64,000 nt of DNA from Dipteris shenzhenensis (Eukaryota). Below the pieces are notes generated by a model. The model had not been told where the DNA came from, made no database searches, and saw nothing but the letters and a program-made list of their open reading frames with translations. Made by a program: the position numbers and the translations under genes. The stretch lies in the NCBI GenBank assembly GCA_047967505.1, contig CM106538.1; one strand, given 5' to 3'. Positions 12,900 to 24,529 of the stretch are shown in pieces; the stretch's first letter is position 1, and each line of letters starts with the position of its first letter.

Positions 12900-14800
12900 A
12901 TCAGTAATCACCTTATGATTGGACTCTAGCTGGGTCTCATGATCTTGTCCCTACGTCTTGAGCAGCTGGTCTTTGTGTCGTACGGCCTCATGAAGGAAGA
13001 TTGGCCTCTGATCCAGATGAACCAAGAGACTTGAGACGGGTGCGAATCCATCTTTGAAAAGACAATGATGGCAGCCTCAAATCTCATAGTAACATCGGAT
13101 AGCGAAAAGCAAAGTGCTCCTCTAACTCAACCTCTGTAGATTGCATAGAGTGCAAATGCGGCCCTCCTTAGGCTGCCCTTAGCTTGTCCGGTCTCGATAT
13201 GTAATTCGTGAGAAGAAACGATCGATATCTTCAAGAACTGGGGGAGGTGGGTCTGTGTGTAGCCTGGGAGATTGAGAAAGCCCTTCTCTGATATCTGTAG
13301 GCAGTTGTCTATGTGGAAGCCAAGCTTCATGGGAAGTTCGCTAGGGGCTAACTGGGTCCTCTATGTGTGTAGTTGTATGAGATCCTCCCGAATGACGTGC
13401 TTTGCCTCGTGATAAGTGGACTGAATAGAGGCGGCTTCGAGGCTTTATTGAAAAGGAGGCATTCGTCCATGTGAAGTCCAAGACTCTTTAACTATCTTCA
13501 TGTCCAAGTACACCAACACCTATGATCACCCTTAGTTGCTAATGTCATGGATGCTAATAAGGCCCGCCATGGTAACCTGTGTCGGCCTGAGGTCGTGGAA
13601 CCAAAATCCCTAACTTAATGAAGGTGTGTGATTACGTAGAATGCTAGATCAAGCTGGAGGTGGGCGACCCTAAACTCAGCCAAGATTATCTAAATGGCTT
13701 ACTGTGGATCATCGGTGCTAGTAATAGGTCCTAGAGCCTCTCTACATGTGCCCAATCCACCTCTGATATACTGGCTAGGCGGACCAACGAATCAAAGAGA
13801 AGAGACTTGGTCCAAGGATCCTATAAATGAGATTGAAAGCACTAGCACTCAAGCATGGAAAGCGTGCTGTATCCCGTGCTCATTTGGGCTTGCATTGCTG
13901 GTTTCATGGTGTAGATTGGGCCGGAGAAACCACTTCTAGGTATGTGTAAGATGCAATGATCTCTATTGGCAACCCGTCGAAGGGGAATTGCTTTGAGCTC
14001 ACTATGCGTGGCTGCCCTTGAATGTGTTGAAGATCACGACTCAGGTCTTACCAAGATTGACCTTCATATTATGTCTCATAGAAGGTGTGAAATGCATCCA
14101 AGTATCACTGGAGGCCCTTAAATGAGGTGAAGAATAAGACCATGTCGTCTACATAGAGGAGAATTTGAATTAAGAGGCGAGCGAGAGGCCCCTCCTAGTG
14201 TCATAATGAAAGTCTTAAAGCTCATGGATGTAGAGGCCAAACAAAGTTAGTGACAATGGATGGCCATGTTTGACCCTAATTGTAGTCTTGATCTCGTTTG
14301 TCCATTGTGTAGTCATTCGAAGCTTGCTTGAAACTCTCTCATAAAGTGCCATGACTACCTAGAAAATCTCGTGACCAAATCCCAATTTCTATAGGTATTT
14401 GATGAGATGGGCTTACGGCACTATGTTAAAGGCCTTTCAAAAATCCACAAAGCAAGAAAAAACCCTCTGTCTCCATGCTCTGGACTCCTCAATGACACCT
14501 TGGAGTGTGAGGATGTGATCTAGAGTTGCATGATCAGTGCTGAAGCCTGTCTGTCTAGCATCATTAAGTCCCTGTCGCTGTGCAAACTAGCTAACCTCAA
14601 AGTACCTAGGCATAGATCTTAGACATGATCAAGATGCTCTTGTAGTTTTTCGGGCTCATGGGATCCCTTGACTTGTGAACAGGGATGACGGTGTTAAGAG
14701 TCAAGGCTTCATTTAAAATCTTTGCCAAGATCGGGACCATGATACTTAGTCCTTATGCAATGTATTCAATACATAGCGCCTCATGATCTTTGGCTTTAGA
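12900..14800 (-). mobile_element. Degenerate LINE (non-LTR) reverse transcriptase region
   Basis: Minus-strand DHILTLQGVIEE (~14520-14490), FSCFVDF*KAFNIVP (~14460-14415) and LYVDDMVL (~14158-14135). Boundaries approximate. Confidence 0.75.
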
Positions 14801-15093
14801 GCTATGTGTGATGTCATCTGTGGTGGCCCTACACTCTGTAGGGACACAGCTACAACACTTTCTGGGAGTCAAACCCTCTGGATATGCTAGAGATGATCAC
14901 GGAATTCTATCGTTAGTTGTTTTAAGTCTGAGGGGGAGCCCCCCCCGGCTACAGCCTGGCGAGTTAGTATGGAGGCACACTCCGTCAGTGGTCTCTCCCA
15001 GTATGAGTAGATATGTGATGGCCGCCCTCATGCCCAAGAAGTACCCTTGTGAGGACGGATTGATATCGTCTTTCTTTAGGTGTTGCAGGGAGC

Positions 15094-15300
15094 GTGTTCA
15101 TACACCCTTGCATTTGGTTTAAGGACATCTTTGACTCCGGTTGGCTTCCCTTGTTATTGAGTTCGGGGTGGATCTGTTTGATCTCAAAGGGGGAGAGATC
15201 GATAGATATTCAACAATGTCACCGCCTAATCACTCTGTTGGATACCTCCTACAAGATCCTAGCCAAGATCCTTCTTATCCTACAAGATCCTAGCCAAGAT
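15094..15300 (+). mobile_element. LINE (L1/Tx1-like) RT N-terminal fragment
   Basis: GWICLISKG...RLITLLDTSYKILAKIL matches the LINE RT motif RPI.LL...YKILAK.L. Confidence 0.7.
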
Positions 15301-16278
15301 CCTTTTAAGAAGGATGGTGCCGTAAGAGTTGCTCGGAAATTATAGCGATCAGAAGAAAACATAGTTTCACTTAGAAATATGCAAAGTATTATAGCAATAC
15401 CTATTTTATACAAAAATCTTTAGGTTAATCTGTAGGAATGGTGAGAGCATAATGGGATGGCTTTTGAAGAAACCCACATGTAGAGTAGACTTCTCTATGA
15501 AAATTCCCTTATGATCCTTCTTACAACTTTTACTTAATAGGGGGTGACATTGAAAACCCTCTCTCAACCTATCTTCATGAAAGAGTTTCTTCAAAGAAAA
15601 CTCATTGAAGCAAGCCATCCAGGTAGTTTCGCCAGCGAAACCCCTTTGAAGCAAGTCTCCCAAGGTAGTTTCGCTGGCGAAACTACCTTGGACAGCACTT
15701 TTAAAAGTGACATAACTTTCATATCCAATGTCCAAATATAGTCATTCAACCACTCAAATTGATCGGAACACCCCATTTGAGCACATCTATGGAGTTATAT
15801 TTTGGAAAATTTTTCATATATAGTATTAAATATTACATGTATTTTATGAGAGTGATATATAAGCCCAAGTTAATACTTATTTATAGTAATTTAAACTTCT
15901 TTAGAAACATGTCCATAAATATGCTATAAAAACACTAAAAAGATATTGCCATATGATATAAATGTGTTAATAAGTAATTATATATGCATAGTATTATTAC
16001 ATTGAGAGTGATTATGAGGAATGTTTCTTAAAGGAATCAACACTTTTTTAAGGTAATAACAGGGCTACAAAGGAATGTCTCTAAATAAGAAAATTATGTT
16101 GTGTAAAAATGAATGAGTGACTAGTGTGTATATTTTTATGATAAAGGGATCTAGTTCTAGTGAAAATAAAAGTGTAAAAACCATGTTTCCTAAAGAAAAA
16201 CATTTTTAAAAATCTCTTGAAAAACACGCTCGGATAAACCTGCTCATAGGTTTTTGCTCATAAAATTGACGCATCCCT

Positions 16279-18211
16279 TTGAGCAAAATCAGACTTGGGA
16301 TGTTGTGGATTTTGCCACCAGGTAAGCCTGCCATTGGTACCAAGTGGGTTTTTAAAGTGAAAAGGAAAACAGATGGGTTCATTGACAGGTACAAGGCAAG
16401 GCTGGTTGCCAATGGCTATGCACAGAAGAAGGACATAGATTATGAGGAGACTTTTGCTCCTACATCTCGGATGACCACCATAAGGTCAGTTATTGCCATG
16501 GCTGCAAATTTTGTTTGGAATGTCCATCAGTTGGACATAAAAATAGCTTTCCTTAATGGAGGCTTACAGGAAGAGGTTTATGTCAAACAACCTCCTGGAT
16601 TTGAACTTTCTGGCAATGCACTTTAGGTTTGCAAGCTGAACAAAGCTTTATATGGGGTGAAACAGGCCCCACGTGCATGATATGCCAAGATTGATGCATT
16701 CCTGGCAAGTAAGGGGTTACATAATAGTGCCACGGAAAGCACCCTCTACATCAAGAAGGATGGGGGGGATATTTTGGTCATCATTCTTTATGTAGATGAC
16801 ATGCTGAGTTGAAAGCTGAATTTGACATGATAGATTTGGGCATGTTAAATTTTTATTTGGGGATCCAGTTTATACATGACAAGTGTGGCATCGTTATGTC
16901 TCAATCCAAGTATGTGTAGAAGCTCTTGGATAGGTTCAACATGCACGATTGCAAGCCTATAGCCACTCCCATGGAGCCGGGGCTGAAGCTTATTATGTAT
17001 GATACAAGTGAATCAGTGGATGTCACACTTTACAGCCAGGCTGTTGGATGCCTCATTTATTTGTGTAATACTAAGCTCGATATTCAGTATGCAGTATCTC
17101 AGGTGAGCAGGTATATGCACAGCCCAAAGACAACACATTGGCAGGCTGTAAAACGCATCTTCCGTTATTTGCAAGGCACAAAGTCTTATGGCTTGATGTT
17201 TTCCAAGGAGGGGTGACTTGCAGATGCATGCTTATAGTGATTCAGATTGGGTTGGAGACTATGATACCAGGCAGTCCACTAGTGGTAATTGTTTCTTTTT
17301 GGGCAAAGCTTGCATTTCTTGGTTGAGCAAGAAGCAATCTACAGTGGCTACTTCCTCATGTGAAGCTGAGTACAAGACAGCTTTCACAGTGACAGTTGAA
17401 TGTGTTTGGCTACGACGTTTGTTCGCTGATCTTCGTCTCTTATTGGAGGGTCCTTCTCCAATTCTCACTGATAGTCAGAGTGCTATAGCAGTGGCAAAGA
17501 ATTCTGTGTTTCATGCTCGCACGAAGCACATTGAGGTTCATTATCATTATGTCAGAGAGAAGCTGCATGCAGGGGAGATCAGTATGATCTATGTGTCAAC
17601 ACATGACGATGTTGCAGACATCTTCACCAAAGCACTTTCACGTGAGAAGTTTGAGGCATTTTGCAGTGTCCTAAACTTATCTCCTTTTGGTGATTGATCA
17701 CTACCTTGTACACCACATTGGCACTATAGGGAGGTGTTAGAATTATTATAATATTCTAGGCAGTGGCCAATGTATTGTAATAAGTAGGTTAGGGGCACTT
17801 TTTCGTCAATGAGGTTTTTTTCCCTAACCACAGTCTAATCCCTAACTACAGTTAGAGGAAAAGATAGGGTTTTGTCACTTAGACAAAACCCCTAACCCCT
17901 CACTTCTCTTTTGTACTTACTTCATTTCAGTTCACTATTGAGTGTACTTACGTTCAGCTCACACTCTCTTGCTCTCTTGCTCTCTTGCTTCTTGCTCCCT
18001 CCATTTCCATCAACATGGGAGGCGCCTTCACCCTCTCCCGCTCTGTATGGTAGGGATACCCTCTCCTCCTTTCCTTTTTCTATTTGTGGTAGAGGCTTTG
18101 GGCTATTGTCTGTACTCTCAGATGGCGGGCCTTAGTGGGATGCGGCTCTTGATCGCTAAGAGAAGTTATTGGACTCAGAGTTTGCAAATGACACTCTTAC
18201 GCAATTCAACA
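16279..18211 (+). mobile_element. 5'-truncated Copia element of a different family (RT, RNase H, PPT, 3' LTR)
   Basis: IGTKWVFKVK..RYKARLVA, LYVDDML, YSDSDW and ARTKHIEVHYHYVRE. PPT AGGGAGG is followed by an LTR TGTTAG (17735) ... TTCAACA (18211). Confidence 0.88.
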
Positions 18212-19200
18212 TACACCTTTTCATTTAAAAGATTTGCAATCACAATGTAGCAAGACTCTACAATGCCTCGAAACCTATAACACTGTGGTGAACATGAAAA
18301 TAGATGGGTGCCTGTTCTAGTATAGGTGCAATCCATGGCAACTTGCCAATGTCTTGAAAAAGAAGATCGAAACAGTGGCTGTGCCACCAATGAAGAAAAT
18401 ACAATGAAATTCCTCATCCAAGAGGTCACTAGCTCTCAATCTATTGCTAGCATTATCCATCACAACCTGTACCACATTCTGTAACTTCTTTCAAGTGCAC
18501 GTAAATAAATTTATAGTAAGCCGCTGGTATCCACAGATTCAGGAACATATTTTCATAAGTTGAAGTTGCCAGGAAATTTATAATGAGCCTCCTCCTCGTA
18601 TTCAATTAGCTGTCACATACGATGGCGCATCCATACCTGCCCCACTTCTCCCTCACCTGTTCCAACTTGGCATCAAGGCTTGTAACCTCCTGCCTCAGGT
18701 CTTTCATGTATAGAGTCTCATAAGAAGGGGGCTTGAAAGAAGGCCCAGCCTCTACAATGGCCCGTACCATATCCAGGAAAATACGTACGGGATGGCATTT
18801 GCAAAGAACCTTCTTAATGCAATTCTGGCCTCATCTCTGTGGTATTTCTTCCATGCCTGTTTGATCGACGGCTGGCCCTGTCTTTGATTCCATGACCATG
18901 GCCTCTTTGCAATCGCCAAAGGTGTGGTTGTGCACGCAACAACAAGCACACCTCCCATGGACAATTGTCCCTCCTCATACTGCATAGCAGCTGCAGCATC
19001 TTGATTCATATCAATCTTCAAGCACATATCTTTAGTAGATGCGGGTGCAGATGGATAAGCATTCACTCCAACCTTGCAGGTGTCCAAAATGTGTGCTCGA
19101 ATCCATTTTGCATCACCTTGAAATTAATGCTGGCAATAAATACACCTGCATAGTGACATCCCAGATCCAACAGGCTGAATAACCTACACACAGATCCCCT
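18212..19200 (-). pseudogene. Second hAT (BED-DUF659) transposase remnant
   Basis: Minus-strand CIYCQH.FQGDAKWIRAH (BED finger), QPSIKQAWKK..RDEARIALRRFF and NVVQVVMDNASN (~18480-18440). Confidence 0.8.
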
Positions 19201-20224
19201 CCATGCCCCTTGACATGGCCATTGCAAATCTCTATGAAAAGAACGTAGAATTGTGAAGCCACAAACAGGGCGCTCCTGTGGTAATTTGAAGTTTGGACGA
19301 GGGATGCAAAACAGGAAAGATTGCAAAGAGCTTGTACAAAAAGCTGGGAAATTCTGAAGCCACAAACAGATGTGCTCCTCTAGTTTGAACTATGCAGGAT
19401 AAATTGTCGATGGAGAAGTTGTCATTGCGTGATGCAAAGCCATAGCCCACAAATGAACGAAGGAGTACACACAATTTGCAGGTGTGACACAAAAGCTTAC
19501 CTCGTGACTGTCGAAGGACTTTACCTCGTAACAAAATAGGCATTGGGCAATAGCCTTATGGAATAACTGCACACAATAGGCTATTAGCCCTCATTAGGCT
19601 GTCACGACTCACATGTACTTACTGTCTACAGAATGATGTTCAATTTATGCTGCAGCTATTGAGTCCTCAGTCTTGCTACGTGTTTTTGAAGAAGCAGCAC
19701 ATCAACCTGATACAACTTCTTGGGTATGATTAGCTGCTTAGTATCAGACTCTCTGTAAGATGCTGAATGTTATATTTTACGTCACAAGGGCCAGTCTTGT
19801 AACTATGTGAAACAAGTCATCCTGTGCAGCTATTAATCCTGATATGTTTAGTATTGGGAGATTAATGCAAGTCCTGTCTCTTCCTACGTGGCCCACGTAG
19901 TTTAAATTTCGGAAGCAGATCAGCTGTCAGCTTTCACACTTGTCAATTCAGCCCTATAAGTACATGATTTGATTTATTTAAAAAATGGAGTATATCATTT
20001 AATTTTATTTTGGTATTTTTCAAATCAATAATCTTTTGTACAAAATATATGCGAGCTCCCATTTCTTTCAGATAATATAATAATCTGATTGAGTAAAATT
20101 AGCCTTTTCCCTTTTTGGCGACCTAAGATTGGAATATTGACGAAGGTCAGGCTTTAGAAGATGAAGCAGGTATATAAGAATTTGATGTGCTTCTGCTTCG
20201 TTATTCTTGTGCATTCTCATGCAG

Positions 20225-20302
20225 GTTTTGGTTGATAAAGCGGTTCAGAAAAGCTTGCTGGTTTCTGCAGACATGGCTCATTGCTTACACCCCAACTATC
20301 TG
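20225..20302 (+). CDS. DNPEP: Aspartyl aminopeptidase exon
   Basis: tgcag|GTT...CTG|gtatgc, 78 bp. Encodes VLVDKAVQKSLLVSADMAHCLHPNYL (SADMAH..HPNY metal-binding motif). Confidence 0.95.
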
Positions 20303-20460
20303 GTATGCCATGTCTTGTGGTTATCTAAAGAAAGAGGATGTCTGAAGGAACACTTATAGATTTGTAACTGCTTTGCTACTCTAAAAAGTGGCTTTTACTG
20401 AACCAATCCATGAACTGTGTCTTTGCTTCTGGTGAGGACTTACAATACGTTGCTTTGTAG

Positions 20461-20601
20461 GATAAGCATGACGAAAATCATCAGCCAAAAATGCACAAGG
20501 GTCTTGTCATCAAACATAATGCCAACCAACGATATGCCACGAATGCAGTCACTGCTCTCATTTTTCGACAAATTGGGAAAAAACGCAGTATACCTGTTCA
20601 G
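20461..20601 (+). CDS. DNPEP: Aspartyl aminopeptidase exon
   Basis: tgtag|GAT...CAG|gttggt, 141 bp. Encodes DKHDENHQPKMHKGLVIKHNANQRYATNAVT...IPVQ. Confidence 0.95.
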
Positions 20602-20767
20602 GTTGGTCTCCAGGCTTAATTTTACTTCTCGATGGTTCCACATTAGCGATAGCTTGATATCTTTTTGATATTGTGAGCATAGAGTTATCATTGATTGGTT
20701 GAACAGCATGCACGAGCATATTATGTCATCTGAACGTCTATCCACCTTCCCTCTATCTGTGGATCAG

Positions 20768-20989
20768 GACTTCGTGGTGCGCAATGACATGGCATGTGGT
20801 TCTACCATTGGTCCTATCCTAGCAAGTGGTGTTGGCATTCGTACTGTGGACATTGGAGCACCACAACTTTCTATGCACAGCATCCGGGAGATGTGTGGTG
20901 TTGATGATGTTGGCTATTCATATCAGCATTTAAAAGCCTTTTTTGAGGAATCCTCTAAATTCAATAAGCAAGTTGATGTGGATTGCTGA
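20768..20989 (+). CDS. DNPEP: Aspartyl aminopeptidase, terminal coding exon
   Basis: atcag|GAC to TGA. Encodes [44 protein letters not shown]...VDVDC*. Confidence 0.96.
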   Translation, partial: DFVVRNDMACGSTIGPILASGVGIRTVDIGAPQLSMHSIREMCGVDDVGYSYQHLKAFFEESSKFNKQVDVDC

Positions 20990-21294
20990 GCACAAGCATG
21001 TTCTTGAAAGAGGACTGGCAAGTACAAAGCATCTCAAGAACTATCCAGCTTTTGGATTCTTATATTAAACGTGGATTTCTGAACTATGTATACAGAAGCC
21101 TCAATTGGTTTAGATTCCCTGAGGAGGATTTGGGGCCGTGCTCAACTAAGATATCAAATTGCTGAACTAATATATCAAAGCATCGAAAAATGGATATCGG
21201 TGACCTGTTTGGCAACAGCTTTGCATTCAAAGATTAGATCATATGTATGCTGACTCAAGAACCACCCTTCGGAGTGCATATGCTAGACCAAATA

Positions 21295-23280
21295 CAGCAC
21301 CTGAAGCTAGCCATTTTCCCATTTAGTTGATAACAAGGAGAAGGCATGTTTAGAATATTTAATTCCATTTGTCTGCTTTCAACTTGGGCTTGTGTGAAAA
21401 GCAGATTGCTGCACTGAAACCCCTCATAATATTAATGGACAATAAGAGGAAGAACAAGAAGACAATGATAGATAACGTGCATGCAGGAAGAGAAAATGAA
21501 AGAATATTGAAAGTCAAAGAGAGATACAGGAAATGTCATGTACTGCATCTCACATACGGCGCCAAGTGGTAAAGAATGTTTTCAGCCAAGTGCTTGGGAG
21601 AGAAGACACAATAAAAACTTGAGTAAAAACGTCCATACTCAACTAGCACATATATTACCTAAATGATGACTTTTGAAAGACTTAAAACTTCAATGAATCT
21701 TTGTACTTTAGTATGCATAATGTCTTTAATGCATAATATCTTTAAAGATAGTTGCTTTGGCAACCACACAAAAATCAACTCCAATCACATAGGATAAGTA
21801 GTTTGTTAAAATGATTCCATGTAGAATTCCTTAGGTGGGGTTACAAAGAAGCAAAATTCAATCTCCAAGAATATGATAATACAAGTCTCCATTAGTTTAG
21901 CTTGCCTTTGTGGCTCTTTCAGAGTTGCTTTTTATCTTTTTGTTGTGTTTGTTTTTTGGCCAACCTTGCCAATTGATCAACCTCTTTTCCCCCTTCTTGC
22001 CTACATACTTGTATTTTCATCCTTGCATACATGGATTTAACTCTTTTGTTCCGCTTTGACTTGTTTCATGTCACAACCCACTACGATTCTATGTATAGAC
22101 TTCTAAGGCCTTCTAGGTTGGAATTGTTGATTGTTTTTATGAACGATTTACATTACATGACCTTATCTAGACTATGTTTCTCAATCTTACAAGTTGTGTC
22201 CCCCTCTCAATTTGATTTGTTCTTTTTTAATTGTTGGAGCTTTGCATTTATTAGTTAGACATCATTGAGCACGCATCCAAGGCTATTGAGCTTTGTATTT
22301 ACTTGCTGGACATCATTGAGCATGCATCCTCTTGCAATTAATTATAGACAATCAAATTTAAAAGTTATGATTCACACTAGTTTTTCATTTTAAACATGAG
22401 CACATCATGGGATTTATTTAGGGATATAGTTTTTTGGGTAATTTCACGAGTAATAGCCTATAAAGCAATTTAAAGACATCATTGAGCATCGTAATTAATT
22501 GCGTATGATAATGACGTCTTTAAATCGCATTATAGGCAATCAAATATGTATAGTTAATGATGACTTTAAATTTACATGAGGCAAACAAATTTAAAAGTAA
22601 AATGATCTTTCTAAGGATTTATGATTTACACCCTCGCTCGTAAATGCACCCAAAGAATTACCCTAAATGAATCTCATGGTGTTCTCGTGTCCTACATCAA
22701 AATTGTGGGGGCATAGAGTGTCTTGGAGATTTATCGTACCATACATTGAAAGCCATGAAGTTGCCTTGTAAATTGCCTCTTCCATCATCACTGAAGATCT
22801 CCCTTCGAATGATGGCCAAAAAGTAGATCCTTTCAATCTAGTGTGCATGTTGATACGATAACTAGCTCTTCATCATGGCATGAAGTTAAAAAGGTAGCTC
22901 CTTTCAATGTAGTGTGCATGTTTGATACTATAACTAGCTGGGAGGGTGATTTGTACATGGCAACTATCCTTTACGCACCATTAGACATCAACCATTGCTT
23001 GGTGCCCATTGTTGAATCTCCAAGTGTCTCATTGTGAGAGAGCCACTATTGCATTTAAGATTTAAAAAAAATACATGACCATGGGGGTGCTGAAAAACTA
23101 AAGATGAAAGAAAAAGAATTCAATAGCTCAAATTGCTCTCTCACCAACTCACATCTTTGAATGCACTTACATATAGGGTGAAGGCCAGATACTAATAGGG
23201 GGCATTGAATAATGCTTGAAATGAAAAATGAATGCAATGTAGTGAAATACAATTTAATCAAATAAGCATAAATGTGTTAA
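21295..23280 (+). repeat. Diverged segmental duplication, copy 1
   Basis: Collinear with 24530-26923 from CAGCACCTGAAG to AAATAAGCATAAATGTGTTAA, with many substitutions and indels. Confidence 0.85.
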
Positions 23281-24529
23281 GGGATTGATGGAAATGGTAG
23301 GCAATTTGAAAAGGTAGGGAGTACGTTGGCTTACTTTCTCTCTTGGGAAAAGCTAATGATAATTATTTGAGCTAAGAAATGGATGCTTGATTTTATGGGC
23401 AATGATATTGATTAACAAATGGTTGGAGAATAGGCACAAAATTTCAAGGAATGAGTATAACAAAGGTCACCTCTTTCATACTTACTAGAATTTAAATGGC
23501 TGGAGAATAGGCACAAAATTTCAAGCAACAATGAGTTCGAGCACCCGCCGGTTTATGGAGTTTTAGCGTGGTGAGCCCGAGGCCTGGGGGTCGGAGGCAA
23601 GTCCCACATGCCTGGGTTCGTCAGGGCCCTGGTATCTTCTCCGCTCTCTGAGGTGTATTGATTGACAGACGGTCCATACTTGAGGTGGTGCCGAATAAAT
23701 AAGGTGGGGGGAAAGAGTTCTCCATGAGATGTCTAGTGGGTGCAAGCCCAACATAGCAAAGCCGGCTCTCAAAACAAAGTATAATAGAGGTCATCTTTTT
23801 CATGCTTACTAGGAAACCCACATCTTTGAAATCTAGGGTTATAAAACTATGTACATATCTTTTTAAATAAATATGTCAAAACTTGTATATTCAAGGTTAT
23901 TAAAATAGATTATCATTATATAGCAAAGCAAACTATGATTCAACTCTTCCTCAAAAGGCCCAATCAAGCTAACAATGGATAAACCTTATTTGCAGAGTCT
24001 CGTCTTAAAAGCACAAAATAAACCAACCTAGAAATTGAAAAAGCTCTGATTAAGGAGATTTTTTTCCAAAGGAAAAGGGTGCCCATGGAAAAACACAAGG
24101 TTTGACTCCAAATCTAGAGGTAGATCTATAAATTGTGGTTCTTGAGATGTTTGAGGGTCACAAAGTATCATGATGCCATTAAAACATAACCAAGCATATT
24201 TTTAGGAATTCATGTGGAGATAGCATAAAGCCTTCAAGTGTGGAATCAATATGCCTTCTAGGTATGCAAGGTAGCCAAGGGAGCATAATACTCTAGGAAA
24301 AATTAGTTATCTAAAGCCAATAGAAAGGTTCATTGTGCTTTCAGATCAAAGATCTACCTTTGTTAATGCATATGGCCACCCACAATCATCTCCTAAGCCA
24401 TCCTAGATAGTCCACACCTTGAAAGGATAATGTATTGGGTAAGATCGGCAAAGGGCTTGCATATGCACAGGTGCTTTGGAGTAATTCCATAAACAACAAG
24501 GTTGATGATTATTGGGAAGCAATAACATG

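Noticed and set aside
15340-16270. AT-rich block between the LINE and Copia fragments as a possible MITE
   Set aside because: No convincing TIR pair or TSD was found by eye.
1-18211. Copia gag at 1-238 and Copia RT/LTR at 16279-18211 as a single element
   Set aside because: An intact host exon (11561-11734) lies between them, so they are more simply separate insertions.
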